Source: Felis catus (taxonomy: Eukaryota). From it: a stretch of DNA of 60,000 nt. The stretch spans positions 18,044,001 to 18,104,000 of the forward strand of contig NC_058383.1 in NCBI RefSeq assembly GCF_018350175.1. Direction: 5' to 3'. The translations under genes and the position numbers were made by a program. The notes beneath the pieces were generated by a model that was given only the letters and a program-made list of their open reading frames with translations, made no database searches and had not been told where the DNA came from. Shown here in pieces: positions 37,312 to 50,729 of this stretch; positions within the stretch are counted from its first letter, which is position 1, and the number at the start of each line of letters is the position of its first letter.

Positions 37312-37431
37312 GGGGAGAAAAGATGAAACAAAAAACACAAATAAATAAATAAATAAATAAAGACCAAAAGCAACAAAGACTAGAAAGGACCAGAGAACAC
37401 CACCAGACACTCCAACTCCACAAACAACATA

Positions 37432-40400
37432 ATGGCAATAAATTCATATCTTTCAGTACTCACTCTAAATGTCAATGGACTAAATGCTCCAATCAAAAGA
37501 CACAGGGTAACAGAATGGATTAAGAAAACAAGATCCATCTATATGCTGCTTACAAGAGACCCACTTTAGACCTAAAGACACCTTCAGATTGAAAGTAAGG
37601 GGATGGAGAACCATGTATCATGCTAACGGTCAACAAAAGAAAGCCGGAGTAACCATACTTATATCAGACAATCTAGACTTTAAAATAAAGACTGTATCAC
37701 GAGATGAAGCAGGGCATTATATCATACATAAGGGGTCTATCCACCAAGAAGACCTAACAATTGTAAACATTTATGTGCCAAATGTGTGAGCACCCAAATA
37801 TATAAATCAATTAATCACAAACATAAAGAACCTCATTGATAGTAATACCATAATAGTAGGAGACTTCAACACCCCACTCACAGCAATGGACAGATCACCT
37901 AATCAAAAAATCAACCAGGAAACAATAGCTTTGAATGACACACTGGACCAGATGGATATAACAGATATATTCAGAACACTTCAACCTAAAGCAGTGGAAT
38001 ATACATTCTTCTCCAGTGCACATGGAACATTCTCCAGAATAGACCACATGCTGGGACACAAATCAGCCCTCAACAAGTACAAAAAGATCGAGATCATACT
38101 GGGCATATTTTCAGACCACAACGCTATGAAACTCGAAATCAACCACAAGAAAACATGTGGAAGGGTAACAAATACTTGGAGACTAAACAATATCCTACTA
38201 AAGAATGAATGGGCTAAGCAAGAAGTTAAAGAAGAAATTAGAAAGTTCATCGAAGCCAATGAAAATGATAACACCACAACCCAAAACCTCTGGGATGGAG
38301 GAAAGGTGGTCATAAGAGAAAGTATATCCAGGCTTTCCTAAAGAAGGAAGAAAGATCTCAGATACACAACCTAACCTTGCACCTTAAGGAGCTGGAAAAA
38401 GGACAGCAAATAAAAACCACAACCAGCAGAAGACAGGAAATAATAAAGATTAGAGCAGAAATAAATGCTATTGAAACCAAAACAAAAACCAAAACAAAAA
38501 ACCCAACAGAACCAATCAATGAAACCAGAAGCTGGTTCTTTGAAAGAATTAAAAAAATTGATAAACCACTAGCCAGCTGGATCAAAAAGAAAAAGGAAAG
38601 GACCCAAATAAATAAAATCAAGAATGAAAGAGGAGAGATCACAACCAACACAGCAGAAATAAAAACAATAGTAAGAGAATATTATGAACAATTATATACC
38701 AATAAAATGGGCAACCTGGAAGAAATGGACAAATTCCTAGAAACATATACACTACCCAAACTGAAACAGGAAGAAATAGAAAATGTGAACAGACTCATGA
38801 CCAGAAAAAAAAAAAAAAACGGAATTAGAAATCAAAAATGTCCCAAAAAACAAGAGTCCAGGGCCAGATGGCTTTCCAGGGGAATTCTACCATACATTTA
38901 AAGAAGAGTTAAGATCTATTCTCTTGAAGCTGTTCCCAAAAGATAGAAATGGAAAGACAACTTCCAAACTCTTTCTATGAAGCCAGCACTATCTTGCTTC
39001 CAAAACCAAAGACCCCACTAAAAAGGAGAACTACAGACCAATTTCCCTGATGAACATGGATGAAAAAATCCTCAACAAGATACTAGCCAACCAGATCCAA
39101 CAATACATTAAGAGAATTATTCACCACAACCAAATGGGATTTGTACCTGGGATGCAGGGCTGGTTCAGTATCCACAAAACAATTAATGTGATGCATCACA
39201 TCAATAAAATAAAGGACAAGAACCACATGATCCTCTCAATAGATGCAGAGAAAGCATTTGACAAAATACAGCATCTTTTCTTGATAAAACCCTCAAGAAA
39301 GTAGGGATAGAAGGATTATACCTCAAGATCATAAAAGCCATACATGAAAGACCCACCACTAATATCATCCTCAATGGGGAAAAACTGAGAGCTTTCCCCA
39401 CTAAGGTCAGGAACATGACAGGGATGTCCACTCTCACCACTGTTATTTAACATAGTATTGGAAGTCCTAGCTTTAGCAATCAGGCAACACAAAGGAATAA
39501 AAGGCATCCAAATCAGCAAGGAGGTAGTCAAACTTTCACTCTTCACACATGATATGATACTCTATATGGAAAACCCAAAAGATTCCACCTAAAAACTGCT
39601 GGAACTGATTCGTGAATTCAGCAACGTTGCAGGATAGAAAGTCAATGCACAGAAATCAGTTGCATTCCTATACACCGACAATGAAGCAACAGAAAAATAA
39701 ATCAAGGAAACAATCCCATTTTTAATTGCACCAAAAGCCATAAAATACCTAGGAATAAGTCTAACCAAAGAGGTGAAAAATCTATACACTGAAAACTATA
39801 GAAAGCTTATGAAAGAAATTGAAGAAGACACAAAAAATGGAAAAAGATTCCAAGCTCCTGAATAGGAAGAACAAATATTGTTAAAATGTTGATACTACCC
39901 AAAGCAATCTACATATTCAATGCAATCCGTATCCAAATAACACCAGCATTCTTCACGGAGCTAGAACAAACAATCCTAAAACTTGTATGGAACCAGAAAA
40001 GACCCCGAATAGCCAAAGCAGGTTTTCTTGAAAAAGAAAACCAAAGCAGGAGGTATCACAATCCCGGACTTCAAGCTATATTACAAAGCTGTAATTATAA
40101 AGACAGTATGGTACTGGCACAAGAACAGACACTCAGATCAATGGAACAGAATAGAGAACCCAGACATGGACCCACAAACGTATGGCCAACTAATCTTTGA
40201 CAAAGCAGGAAGGAATATCCAATGGAATAAAGACAGTCTCTTTAGCAAGTGGTGCTGGGAAAACTGGACAGCAACATGCAGAAAAAAGAACCTGGACCAC
40301 TTTCTTACACCATACACAAAAACAAACTCAAAATGGATGAAAGACCTAAATGTAAGACAGGAAGCCATCAAAATCCTCGAGGAGAAAGCAGGCAAAAACT

Positions 40401-41257
40401 TCTTTGATCTTGGCCGCAGCAACTTCTTATTCAACACGTCTCCAGAGGCAAAGGAAACAAAAGCAAAAATGAACTATTGGGACCTCATCAAAATAAAAAG
40501 CTTCTGCATGGCGAAGGAAACAATCAGCAAAACTAAAAGGCAACCGACAGAATGGGAGAAGATGTTTGCAAATGACAAAGCCCATAAAGGGTTAGTATCC
40601 AAAATCTATAAAGAACTTATCAAACTCAACACCCAAAAAACAAGTAATCCAGTGAAGAAATGGGCAAAAGACATGAATAGACACTTCTCCAAAGAAGACA
40701 TCCAGACGGCTAACAGATACATGAAAAAATGCTCCACATCACTCATCATCAGGGAAATACAAATCAAAAACACAATGAGATACCACCTTACACCTGTCAG
40801 AATGGCTAACATTAACAATTCCGGCAACAACAGACGATGGCGAGGATGCAGAGAAAGAGGAACTCTTTTGCATTGCTGGTGGGAATGCAAGCTGGTGCAG
40901 ACACACTGGAAAACAGTATGGAGGTTTTTTTTTCCTCAAAAAACTAAAAATAGAACTACCCTACAACCCAGCAATTGCACTACTAGGTATTTATCCAAGG
41001 GATACAGGGATGCTGTTTTGAAGGGACACATGCACCCCGATGTTTATAGCAGCACTATCGACAATAGCCAAACCATGGAAAGACACCAAATGTCCATGGA
41101 TGGATGAATGTGGTATACATATACAATGGATTATTCCTCAGCAATCAAAAAGAATGAAATCTTGCCATCTACAACTACATAGATGGAACTAGAGGGTTAT
41201 TATGCTAAGCGAAATTAGTCAGAGAGAGACAAATATCATATGACTTCATTCATATGA
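37432..41257 (+). pseudogene. L1 ORF2p (endonuclease/reverse transcriptase), multiple stops and frameshifts
   Basis: [65 protein letters not shown] and [10 protein letters not shown] motifs spread over several frames. Catalytic FADD reads FTHD (39542-39553). Confidence 0.92.
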
Positions 41258-44200
41258 GGACTTTAAGACCCAGAACAGATGAACATAAGGGAAGGGAAGC
41301 AAAAATAACATAAGAACAGGTAGGGGAACAAAACATGAGACTCTTAAATATGGAGAACAGAGGGTTACAGGAAGGGTGGTGGGAGGGGAGATGGGCTAAA
41401 TGGGTAAGGGTCATTAAGGTATCTACTCCTGAAATCTTCGGATGTAAATTAAAAACAACAAAACAAAACAAAAGAAAAGAAAAACTTCCTTTCTCTGTGT
41501 GTTTCATTTGGATAATTTCTGTGGCTATGCCTTCAGCTTCACTAATCTTTTCTTCTGCAATGTCTAATCCACTGTTGATTCCATTCAGTGTAGTTTTCAT
41601 CTCTGACACTGTAATTTTCTGTATTTTTTTAAGATTTTACTTTTTTAAGTAATCTCGACACCCAACGTGGGACTCAAATTCACAACCCCGAGAGTAAGAG
41701 ATGCGTGCTCTACCGACTGAGCCAGCCAAGCGTCCCTGACATTGGAATTTTCATTTCTTTCTTATATGTCCATGTCTCTATTTAACTTTTTAAAAACATA
41801 TGGAATACCATTATAATAGCTGTTTAATGTCCTTTTCTGCTCCCTCTAGCGTTTGTATCAAAGCTGGGTTGGTTTCAATTGACTGATGATTCTCCTCATT
41901 CTGCATCATGCATAATCTGTGGTTGCTTGGCCAGCGTTGTGAATTTTACCTTGCCGAGTGCCAGATACTTTGGTAATCTGTGTGATTTGTTAGGCAGGTG
42001 CATAGTAGTGTTCAGCTTGGGGATGATTATTCCCCACTACTAAGTGAAACCCTTCCTGAACACTCTGCCCTCCACTTTGTCACATTGCTAGTTGGGCTGG
42101 TGCGAAAAGGCCCTGAGCACAGCTGCCTGCAGAGATGGCTCTCGCCCTGGTGTCCTCAAAGGACAAATCTCACTTGTTTTCCTTTCTCTCTGGGATTGCG
42201 AGGCATGTTACTGCCTTTCATTGCTTGGTGTCCACTGTTTTGAAAACCATTGTATCGTGTGTTTTGTCTGGTTTTGTTGCAGTGGTGGTGGTGGTTTCTG
42301 GCGGGAAGGTAAAACTGGTCCCTGTGACTCCACCTTGAGGAGAAGCAGGGATCTTGGTGTGTGTGTTTCTAAGAGCTCCCAGGTGATCCAGGGTGCAGCC
42401 ACTTTACAGACCTGTTTTCTCTGCTTGAAATGTTTTTTTCTTAGTCAAATAGAATCTTTGATTATCTCCTCTCCTCCATTTTCTTGGTGCTCTCTGGATC
42501 TTCTGTTAGATTAATATGGAATACATTGGCCCTCCATCTCTTAATTTTTCTTTCATATTTTCCATTTCAATGTCATTTTGTTCTACATCCTGAGAGATTT
42601 TTAAACTTTTCATCTCATACCTTCCTTTGATTAACTTTTTCTTTTTTCTTTTTTAACGTAAGTAGCCTTCATGCCAAGGATGGAGCCCAACACGGGGCTT
42701 GACCTCACACAGGTGACACTTGGCGATGTCTGGAGACATCTTTGGTTGTAACATCTATGGGGTTAGTGAATAGAGACCAGAGGGCTGTGAAATATCCCAC
42801 AGCATGCAGGCAAGTCTCCCCCACCAAGCATTACCTGGGTCAGATGTCAATACTGTGAAGGTGAGGAAACCCTAGTTTAAGACCATCTGGGAGCAGGCTG
42901 CCACAACTCACACCACCAAAGGCCAAGGCAAGGAGGGATCCTCCATACGCACTTCAGGAGACTTCCTGGGCACGTATTCAAGTTTGTTTAAAAGAGCTCG
43001 GGGCACCTGGGTGGCTCAGTTGCTTAAGCGTCCGACTTCGGCTCAAATCATGATATCGTTCATGGGTTTGAGCCCCATGTTGGGCTCTGTGCTGACAGCT
43101 TGGAGCATGGAGCCTGCTTCAGATTCTGTGTCTCCCTCTCTCTCTACCACTCCCCTGCTTGTGCTCTGTCTCTCTCTGTCTCTCAGAAGTAAATAAACAT
43201 TACAAAATTCTCCAAAAAAATTAACAAATAAATAAAATAAAATCTTAAAAAAAAAAAAAAAAGAAGAAGAGTGCCTGGGTGGCTCAGTCAGTTGAGTTTC
43301 TGACTCTTGATTCTGCTCAGGTTATGATCTCCTGTTTTGGGGGTTCAAGCCCCAAGTCCTGCTCCCCACTGAGGGTGGAGCTTACTTGAGATTCTCTGCC
43401 TCCCTCCCTCTCTCCCCTCCCCCAATTGCTTGCTTGCCCGTGCACACACTCTCTCTCTCAAAATATATATATAAAGTTTTAAAAAAGGTTAATATAATAA
43501 ATTTTGTTACATGTATTTACAACAATAAAAAATGTTACGTCTAAGTAAATTAATAAATAAGTAAAATCTGAATATTATGTATGTTCTGTTTTAATTAGTC
43601 ATTCCTCAAAAAAAAAAAAAAAAAAAAAAACCACTAAGGGCATCTGGCTGGCTCAGTCAGTAGAGCCTGTGACTCTTAATCTCAGGGCTGTGAGTTCAAG
43701 CCTCATGCTGGGTGTGGAACCTACTAAAATAAAATTTTAATTTAAAATTTAAACAAAACAATACAAGGGTAAACATTATTAAAACCAGGAACATCCGACA
43801 TGATCTAGAATCAAAATGGGATGTTTTGATTCTTAAGTATCTCTTATCACTTCAAAAAATAGCTTAATATTTTTGGAGGGTGCCTGGGTGGCTCAGTTGG
43901 TTAGGCATCCAACTCTTGATTTTGGCTCAGGTCATGATCTCATGGCTCATGAGCCCCGTATTGGGCTTTGTGCCAACAAGTGGAGCCTGCTTGGGATGCC
44001 TTCCTTCACTTCTGCTTAGATCATCCCTGTCCAATCTAGCCACTTGTATACCTTAACAGTTCTCTGCAGCCAAAGCTCACAGGCCCCATCAGAAGATAAA
44101 GGGACCTGGGGTACCTGGGTGGCTTAGTCGCTTGAGCGTCTGACTTTGGCTCAGGTCGTGATCTCACAGTTCGTGAGTTTGAGCCCCGCATCAGGCTCCT

Positions 44201-45651
44201 CACTGACAGTGTGAAGACTGCTAGGAATTCTCTCTCTCTGCCCCTCCCCACCTGTTTTCCCTCTCTCTCTCTCTCTCAAAATAAATAAATAAACTTAAAA
44301 AACGAATAAGAATAAAAAGAAGGTAAGGGGACCAGAACGATCTCAAGGAAGCTAAGTATGTGTAGGGGCAACTTCCCACATGGCCACTTGTGAATGGCAC
44401 ATGGGTCCCTTTTCTCTACCATGATGCCACTTGGAAAGTCACTGAGGTCCATTCTATACTGAGGCTTTCTGTAGCCAGCATCTGCCCCCACACCCTGTGA
44501 TACATGGCCGCCCACCAGATGTTCCCAGGAGAAAGGAGGGCCCAGGGGCTGCCACATCTTTTCCCGATTCCTACACGAAATGGGCCTGCCCGTACGAAGG
44601 TTCGTAGTCTGATTCTGGTGGAGATGGGTGGTCTCAAGAAAATGTTAAGCTTTATCTCCTCCACAACATACCTGGCCAGGATGGAGCCTCTCCTTAGACG
44701 ATGAGAAACAGAAGAACTTCCTCGGAGCTCGCCTTGCATCAGGCAGTGTTCTGGAACTTTACTTCCGTTAAGTACATCACAACCACAGCAACCTGAGGAG
44801 GTAGGCAAAATTATTGCCTTTTTGTTTGTGTATGTGTGTGTTTTCAGATGAGAACAGAAGCAGAGAGAAGTGAAATAACTTTCCCCAGGGACCCAGCTTC
44901 TGAGTCCTGCCCCGTCTGTGCGCCTCTCAAACACTCCACCCCGCGTCTGTCTTCCTGCGCTTGTAGAACGTGCCGAGTGCAAGAGCAGGTGACTGTTGGA
45001 GCCTCACTCATATATGAAGGAAACGAAATCGGCTCATACTTTCAGCTGAATTGTTCCTGACACAAAGCAAGAATGACCGTGTCCTGGTGGAATGACCTCA
45101 CCTCATTCCTATTTGATATATTGTTATATCAATATTTGATGGTATATTGTGTTATGTTCTGGAGAATGCTCTTTGTGAGGAGGAAAACAAATAGAGGAAA
45201 CAAAGGAAAAAATAAACAAAGCAACTTTTGCGGTTGCATTACAATTGATCAAGCCTTTCGCTAAGAGATGTGGAGGCTGAAGGCAAAAAAGAAAGAGGTT
45301 AGGGGCACCTGGCTGGCTCAGTCTGTACAGCATGTGACTCTGATCTCCGGGTTGTGAGGTTGAGCCCCACGTAGGATGTAGAGATTACTTAACAATCAGA
45401 TCTCAAAAAAACCAACAACACACAAAGGCTAAAAAAAAAAGCTACCATGTAATCATAGCTCAATAAACAGAAATTAAAACCAGGTTCCCAAGGCACCCAG
45501 GTGGCTCAGTTGGTTAAGCGGCTGACTTCGGCTCAGGTAATGATCTCACAGTTCATGGGTTCCAGCTCCACACTGGGCTCTGTGCTCACAGCTCAGAGCC
45601 TGGAGCGTGCTTTGGATTCTGTGGAACCCTCTCTCTCTGCCCCTCCTCCAC

Positions 45652-45692
<41 letters not shown>

Positions 45693-47033
45693 AATAAAAA
45701 AATAAACATTAAAAAAATTCTTGTGTCAAGTTGTATGATGCATTTACAAAGCTCTCCATGATCTGAACTAAGCTAAACCATAAAAATAAAGCTAACTGCA
45801 AACGAGAAAGAAAGCCCGTGCTCCCTCATCAACCTTATCTGAAAGAAATGAAAATAAAGACCATATTTTTTGAGAATTGAAGAGAGAAAAAAATAAATGT
45901 TTACTCAGTATTATGTGTGCCAGAGCTGTGCCAGGGACTTGACACAAATTGGTGAGACTCGTTATCTCCTATCGCAGATGAACAAACTGAAGTTCGAGGA
46001 TCATGGAGGCAGGGCACGAACCAAGCTTTACAACATGTCTCCTGCTGGGGTTCCTGGGTGGCTCAGTCGGTTAAGCGTCCGACTTTGGCTCAGGTCATGA
46101 CCTGGTGGTCAGCGAGTTAGAGCCCCACATCGGGCTCTGTGCTGACTGCTCAGAGCCTGGAGCCTCCTTTGGATTCTCTCTCTCTCTGCCCCTCCCCGTC
46201 CCCGCTCACCCTCTGTCTCTCTCTCTCAAAAATGAATAAACATTAAAAAAAATTTAAAGACACGTCTCTTACTAAGGCACCATTCTATGCATGAATTCTT
46301 GGCAGGTTGCTATAGGTTTCTGACTTTAAGAAATGATTAACGCATTTTGCAATATATGCACATGTCGAATCAGCATGTTGTAATCCCTGAAACTAATATA
46401 ATGTTACGTGTCAATTCCATGTCAAAAAATAAAATAAAATAAAAAGATTATCAACATATTCTTCCATACTTGAGTCTGCGTCTCAGGAGCTGCTCTAATT
46501 ATTACCCTAAAGGTGCCCCAACCCACTTCTGGCCTGGCAGTTTTGAACTGTGTTGACATATAAAAAATCGTACCCTTTGATAGAGGTAGAGTTTATTTTT
46601 CTCAAGGATTTTTTTTTTTTAAGAGCAGGTCACAATATATTGTGAGCCAGTTATGCGTAGGATAGAGTATTTGACTGAAACACTATCTCAGGAAATAGTA
46701 TTTAGCCTTGTTACATGCGATGCTCTTACGTTCTCTATTTCATTCTAAAATATGTTGGTTTGGGGGCACCTGGGTGGCTCAGTTGGGAAAGCATGAGACT
46801 CTTGTTGTAGGGCTTGTGGGTTCGAGCCCCACGTTGGCTAGAGAGCTTACTAAAGAAAATAAACTTAAAAAAATACGTTGTTTTTGAGCTGTTGAAGTGA
46901 TTCCATGGTCCACTAGTGAGTTAAGACCCACAGTCTGAAGAACTCTGTCCTTGAGGATTTTGGTTGATCTCGAGACCATTTGCTTCTCATGTTCCAATGC
47001 AGAAATACAGGCTCTAAGAAATAGTGACTTTTT

Positions 47034-47246
47034 ATTTTTTAGCGCTTATTTATGTATTTATGAGAGTTTGGGAGAGAGAGCCCACACAAGTGAGGGAGGG
47101 GCAGAGAAAGAGAGAAGGAGACACAGAATCCGAAGCAGGCTCCAGGCTCCGAGCTGTCAGCACAGAGCCCGACATGGGGCTCCAACTGTGAGATTATGAC
47201 CTGAATCGAAAACAGATGCTTAACCAACCAAGCCACCCAGGCACCC
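47034..47246 (-). mobile_element. CanSINE
   Basis: TSD TAGTGACTTTTTA at ~47022 and 47247. Confidence 0.88.
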
Positions 47247-48268
47247 TAGTGACTTTTTAAAATTCACATGGCTAATGAGTGTTGGAATGGAGGACCTCAA
47301 CCCACATTTCTGTCTTTATGTACAGTATGTTACCGAACTGGGTTTCACCAGAAGGTTCAGAAATAAGAAACAAGAAAACCCAAATTCAAGCCTGCCAGAA
47401 GAGAGACACTGGCCTGAAAAGACAAAGGAGGAGTATTTAATGGAATTCTCACCGCAGACAAGGCATGTGACAGTCATTTATGGGGCACCTGTAATGTGCC
47501 AGATGGGAAGCAGGAGCCTGGAGTTCAGAGTTGGACAAGACAGGCCTTCCGCCTTAGAATGGGCTTGGGGTTTGGTGGAGAAGGCTTCTGTGTACACAGA
47601 TAAATTATAGCGCAGGGTAATCAGAGCTGAGCTGGGGAGGTAGCAAACACAGTTGGAGGCCAGAAAAAGGAATTCTGTCTGAAGTGGAGGGGCTGGAGGG
47701 AGACCCCTATGATGGAAGCCCTAGGGAGGAGTGCAGGGGGTGGTGCGTGCAGGGGGTGGTGGTGGTGGGGTAGGGGCTGAATGTCTTAAGGGTAGAAGAT
47801 GGGCAGGTGAGCAGGACAGGGGAACATTTAGGCAGCCAGAGTGGCAGGAGCAAACAGCTGGCTAGTGTAGGGACTGGCATGTGGGTTACGAGGGACAGGA
47901 GGCAAGGTGTGGTGTCCCGATCAGATGGGGGCCCCCAAATGTGCAGTGACCACCTGGTGGAGGCTGGTGGCTTGGGCCGTGAAAGAATTCACCTGAGGCA
48001 GAACAAAGGAGATAGAAGCTTATGGAATACACAGCAAGGTTGCAGAGGAGAGGCTGTCTGAGAAGAGGCAGTGTGGGGGATGGGGGACTATTTTGGAAGG
48101 GGGAAGGTGAGGACTTATGGGGATGTATGGAATTCTCCCCTTTGGTGGTGACTGTGCCTGGTTGTAAGCAGCCCATTGGTCAGTTAGAGCCTATAACTGA
48201 TTCATGGAGGTGCCCCCGACCCATGGGCCTGTCTGTATTCAGCCAGAGGGCCGCCGTGGCCCTTTTCT

Positions 48269-48927
48269 TTTTTTTTTTTAAAGAGTTTTTTATTTTATTA
48301 TTTTTTTAATTTTATGTTCTTAAATTTACATCCAAATTATTTAGCCTATGGTGCCACAATGATTTCAGGAGTAGATTCCTTAGTGCCCCTTACCCATGTA
48401 GCCCATCCCCCCTCCCACACCCCCACCAGTAACCCTCTGTTTGTTCTCCATATTAAAGAGTCTTTTCTGTTTTGTCCGCCTCCCTGTTTTTATATTATTT
48501 TTTCTTCCCTTCCCTTATGTTCATCTGTTTTGTATCTTAATATCCTCGTATGAGTGAAGTCATATGATTTTTGTCTTTCTCTAATTTCGCTTAGCATAAT
48601 ACCCTCCAGTTCCATCCACGTAGCTGCAAATGGCAAGATTTCATTCTACTTTGATTGCTGAGTCATACTCCGTTGTATATATATATATACACCACATCTT
48701 TATCCATTCATCCATCGATGGACATTTGGGCTCTTTCCATACTTTGGCTATTGTCGACGGTGCTGCTATAAACATGGGGCTGCAAGTGTCCCTTCGAAAC
48801 AGCACACCTGTATCCGTTGGATAAACACCTAGTAGTGCAGTTGCTGGGTCGTAGGGTAGTTCTATTTTTAATTTTTTGAGGAGCCTCCATACTTTTTCCG
48901 GAGTGGCTGCACCAGCTTGCATCCCAT
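48269..48927 (-). mobile_element. 5'-truncated L1 (3' ~650 bp) of the same family
   Basis: Minus-strand ORF2 C-terminus (LKIELPYDPATALLGVYP...PMFIAA), 3'UTR and poly-T. TSD CGCYGTGGCCCTTTTCT at 48252-48268 and 48928-48944. Confidence 0.9.
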
Positions 48928-50495
48928 CGCTGTGGCCCTTTTCTACCTCCTGTCACCCAAGCCTGTTTGCCTACAAGCGGCCTCTACAGCAGGGAGTGGA
49001 GGGACCCTCTCTGCAGCTCAGTGAGGTCACTTCTCTCTCAAGACTTTACTTTCTTCACGGGAACCATGAAGGGTGAACAGAAAAGCGCTGTTCACATTTG
49101 CTTTTGTGGTAAAACCCTTTGTTCAAATGAAACCACCATCTACCCAAGGCGTAAATGAGGAGACAGAGAATATTTTTTTCTTAACAGGAAACAGATCTGC
49201 TATCATTTGGAAATACATTTTGAAAAATCAGTGATGGGAGTCAAGGGGCAGATTCTCCCCCCTGGGGTGTGAATTTGCACCAGGATTTAAGAGGCTTTGT
49301 CTGAGAGAGGAAATAGTGCTCTGAGCAGGGGCCCCTTGAGACAGGGTTGGGGGGTATGAGAGCTCACACTGTTCCCACCTCCTGAGGTGGGCTCCCCCTC
49401 CCTCTTCCCCTCCACACACCCTCATTCCCCACCCTGTCCATTCTCCACTTTTAAAAGCGGAACAAAACCACTCGGTGGCTCCCCTCACCTTCAGGAGGAA
49501 TCCAAACTCCTGACCACAGCCTCCCAGGCCCTGTACTACCTGCCCGCCGGCTGCTACCCACACCTCCCCTCCCGCTGGCAGCCACACTTCCCAGCAGCCA
49601 CCCTGCCCTCCCCGCACACAGTTCCGCACACTTCCTGCTCAGGGTTTGCGTACTCACTCCCTCACCAGGTCCAGTCTTCTCCCAAACGTCTGTAGTCTCT
49701 CCATCACTTTGGTGAGGTCTTCACAAATGTTACCCGTGGAGAGGGGGGCCTCCCAGGCAGAGGGACAGCTTTCCCAGCCCTTCTCCTCGTTCACTCTACC
49801 TCTTTTCCTCCTGGCCTAGCCCATGGGAACGAGTTGTTCAATTGTCCGATCCCCACCCTGCAGCGAAAGCTCCAGCACTATGATTTGACTTCCTCTGTGG
49901 CTGTCTTTCCAGCATCTAGAATGGTGCCTCCAACATGCAGATGCTGCATAAATGTGCTGAGTGAGTCGCTTTGCCAAGGGGCAGAGAAGACAGTGAGAGA
50001 ATGAGTGTCAGCTGCCCTGCCATAGCAGAAAGCTTGGGGAGGTTTTGGACTTCGCAGCCTTGGGACTGGGCAGGGATGACTTTCACTGCCTGTAGGACTG
50101 GGGAAGGTCGGCCCCCAGGGGACACATGGGTAAAATGTGAGAAGTTCAAACAGGAGCAATGGAACTGGACCTGATGGCATACCAACATTAGCTGCACAGT
50201 GGTCTAGCTGGTCTCTGGGACCCACAGGCGATGAGCCCTGAGACCCCTCCCACTGGAATAAAGTTCTCTCTTTACACTCTGGAGAGGGGATGGAGGACCT
50301 GCTGGGGGGAACCAGGGACCAGCCTATGGGCATCGGGGAGACTCTGACTCTCTGCATAGGTGGGGCCGGTGCATCAGAGTGAACCTATGGCAAGTGTGGT
50401 GGTCTCCCCCTGAGGGTCCCAGATGTGTCATGTATGGAAATATGAGGGTATTCTCCTAAGGCATTCACTGCAGACCTCTCTGGGCTACCATCTTT

Positions 50496-50523
50496 TTTTT
50501 TCTTAATCTTTTATTTATGTTTT

Positions 50524-50577
<54 letters not shown>

Positions 50578-50729
50578 TGGGGGAGTGCCGGGGGTGGGGG
50601 TGAAACAGAATCTGAAGCAGGCTCCAGGCTCTGAGCCATCAGCACAGAGCCCGATGCAGCTCTCGAACCCACCAGTGGTGAGATCACTATTGGTCCAATT
50701 CTTAACCAACTTAGCCACCTGGATGCCCC
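50496..50729 (-). mobile_element. CanSINE with expanded (GA)n
   Basis: TSD TGRGCTRCCATCTTT at 50481-50495 and 50730-50744. Confidence 0.85.

Larger units (their letters stand above)
34702..41479 (+). mobile_element. Full-length (~6.8 kb) L1 retrotransposon, felid/carnivore type, inactivated
   Basis: 5' GGGAGGAGCCCAGATGGC start, long 5'UTR, ORF1 and ORF2 remnants, 3'UTR and A-rich tail. Target-site duplication AAAAACTTCCTTTC at 34688-34701 and 41480-41493, at a TT|AAAA site. Confidence 0.96.

Noticed and set aside
40028..41107. 359-aa ORF as a functional gene
   Set aside because: C-terminal fragment of a disrupted L1 ORF2 whose RT active site is mutated.
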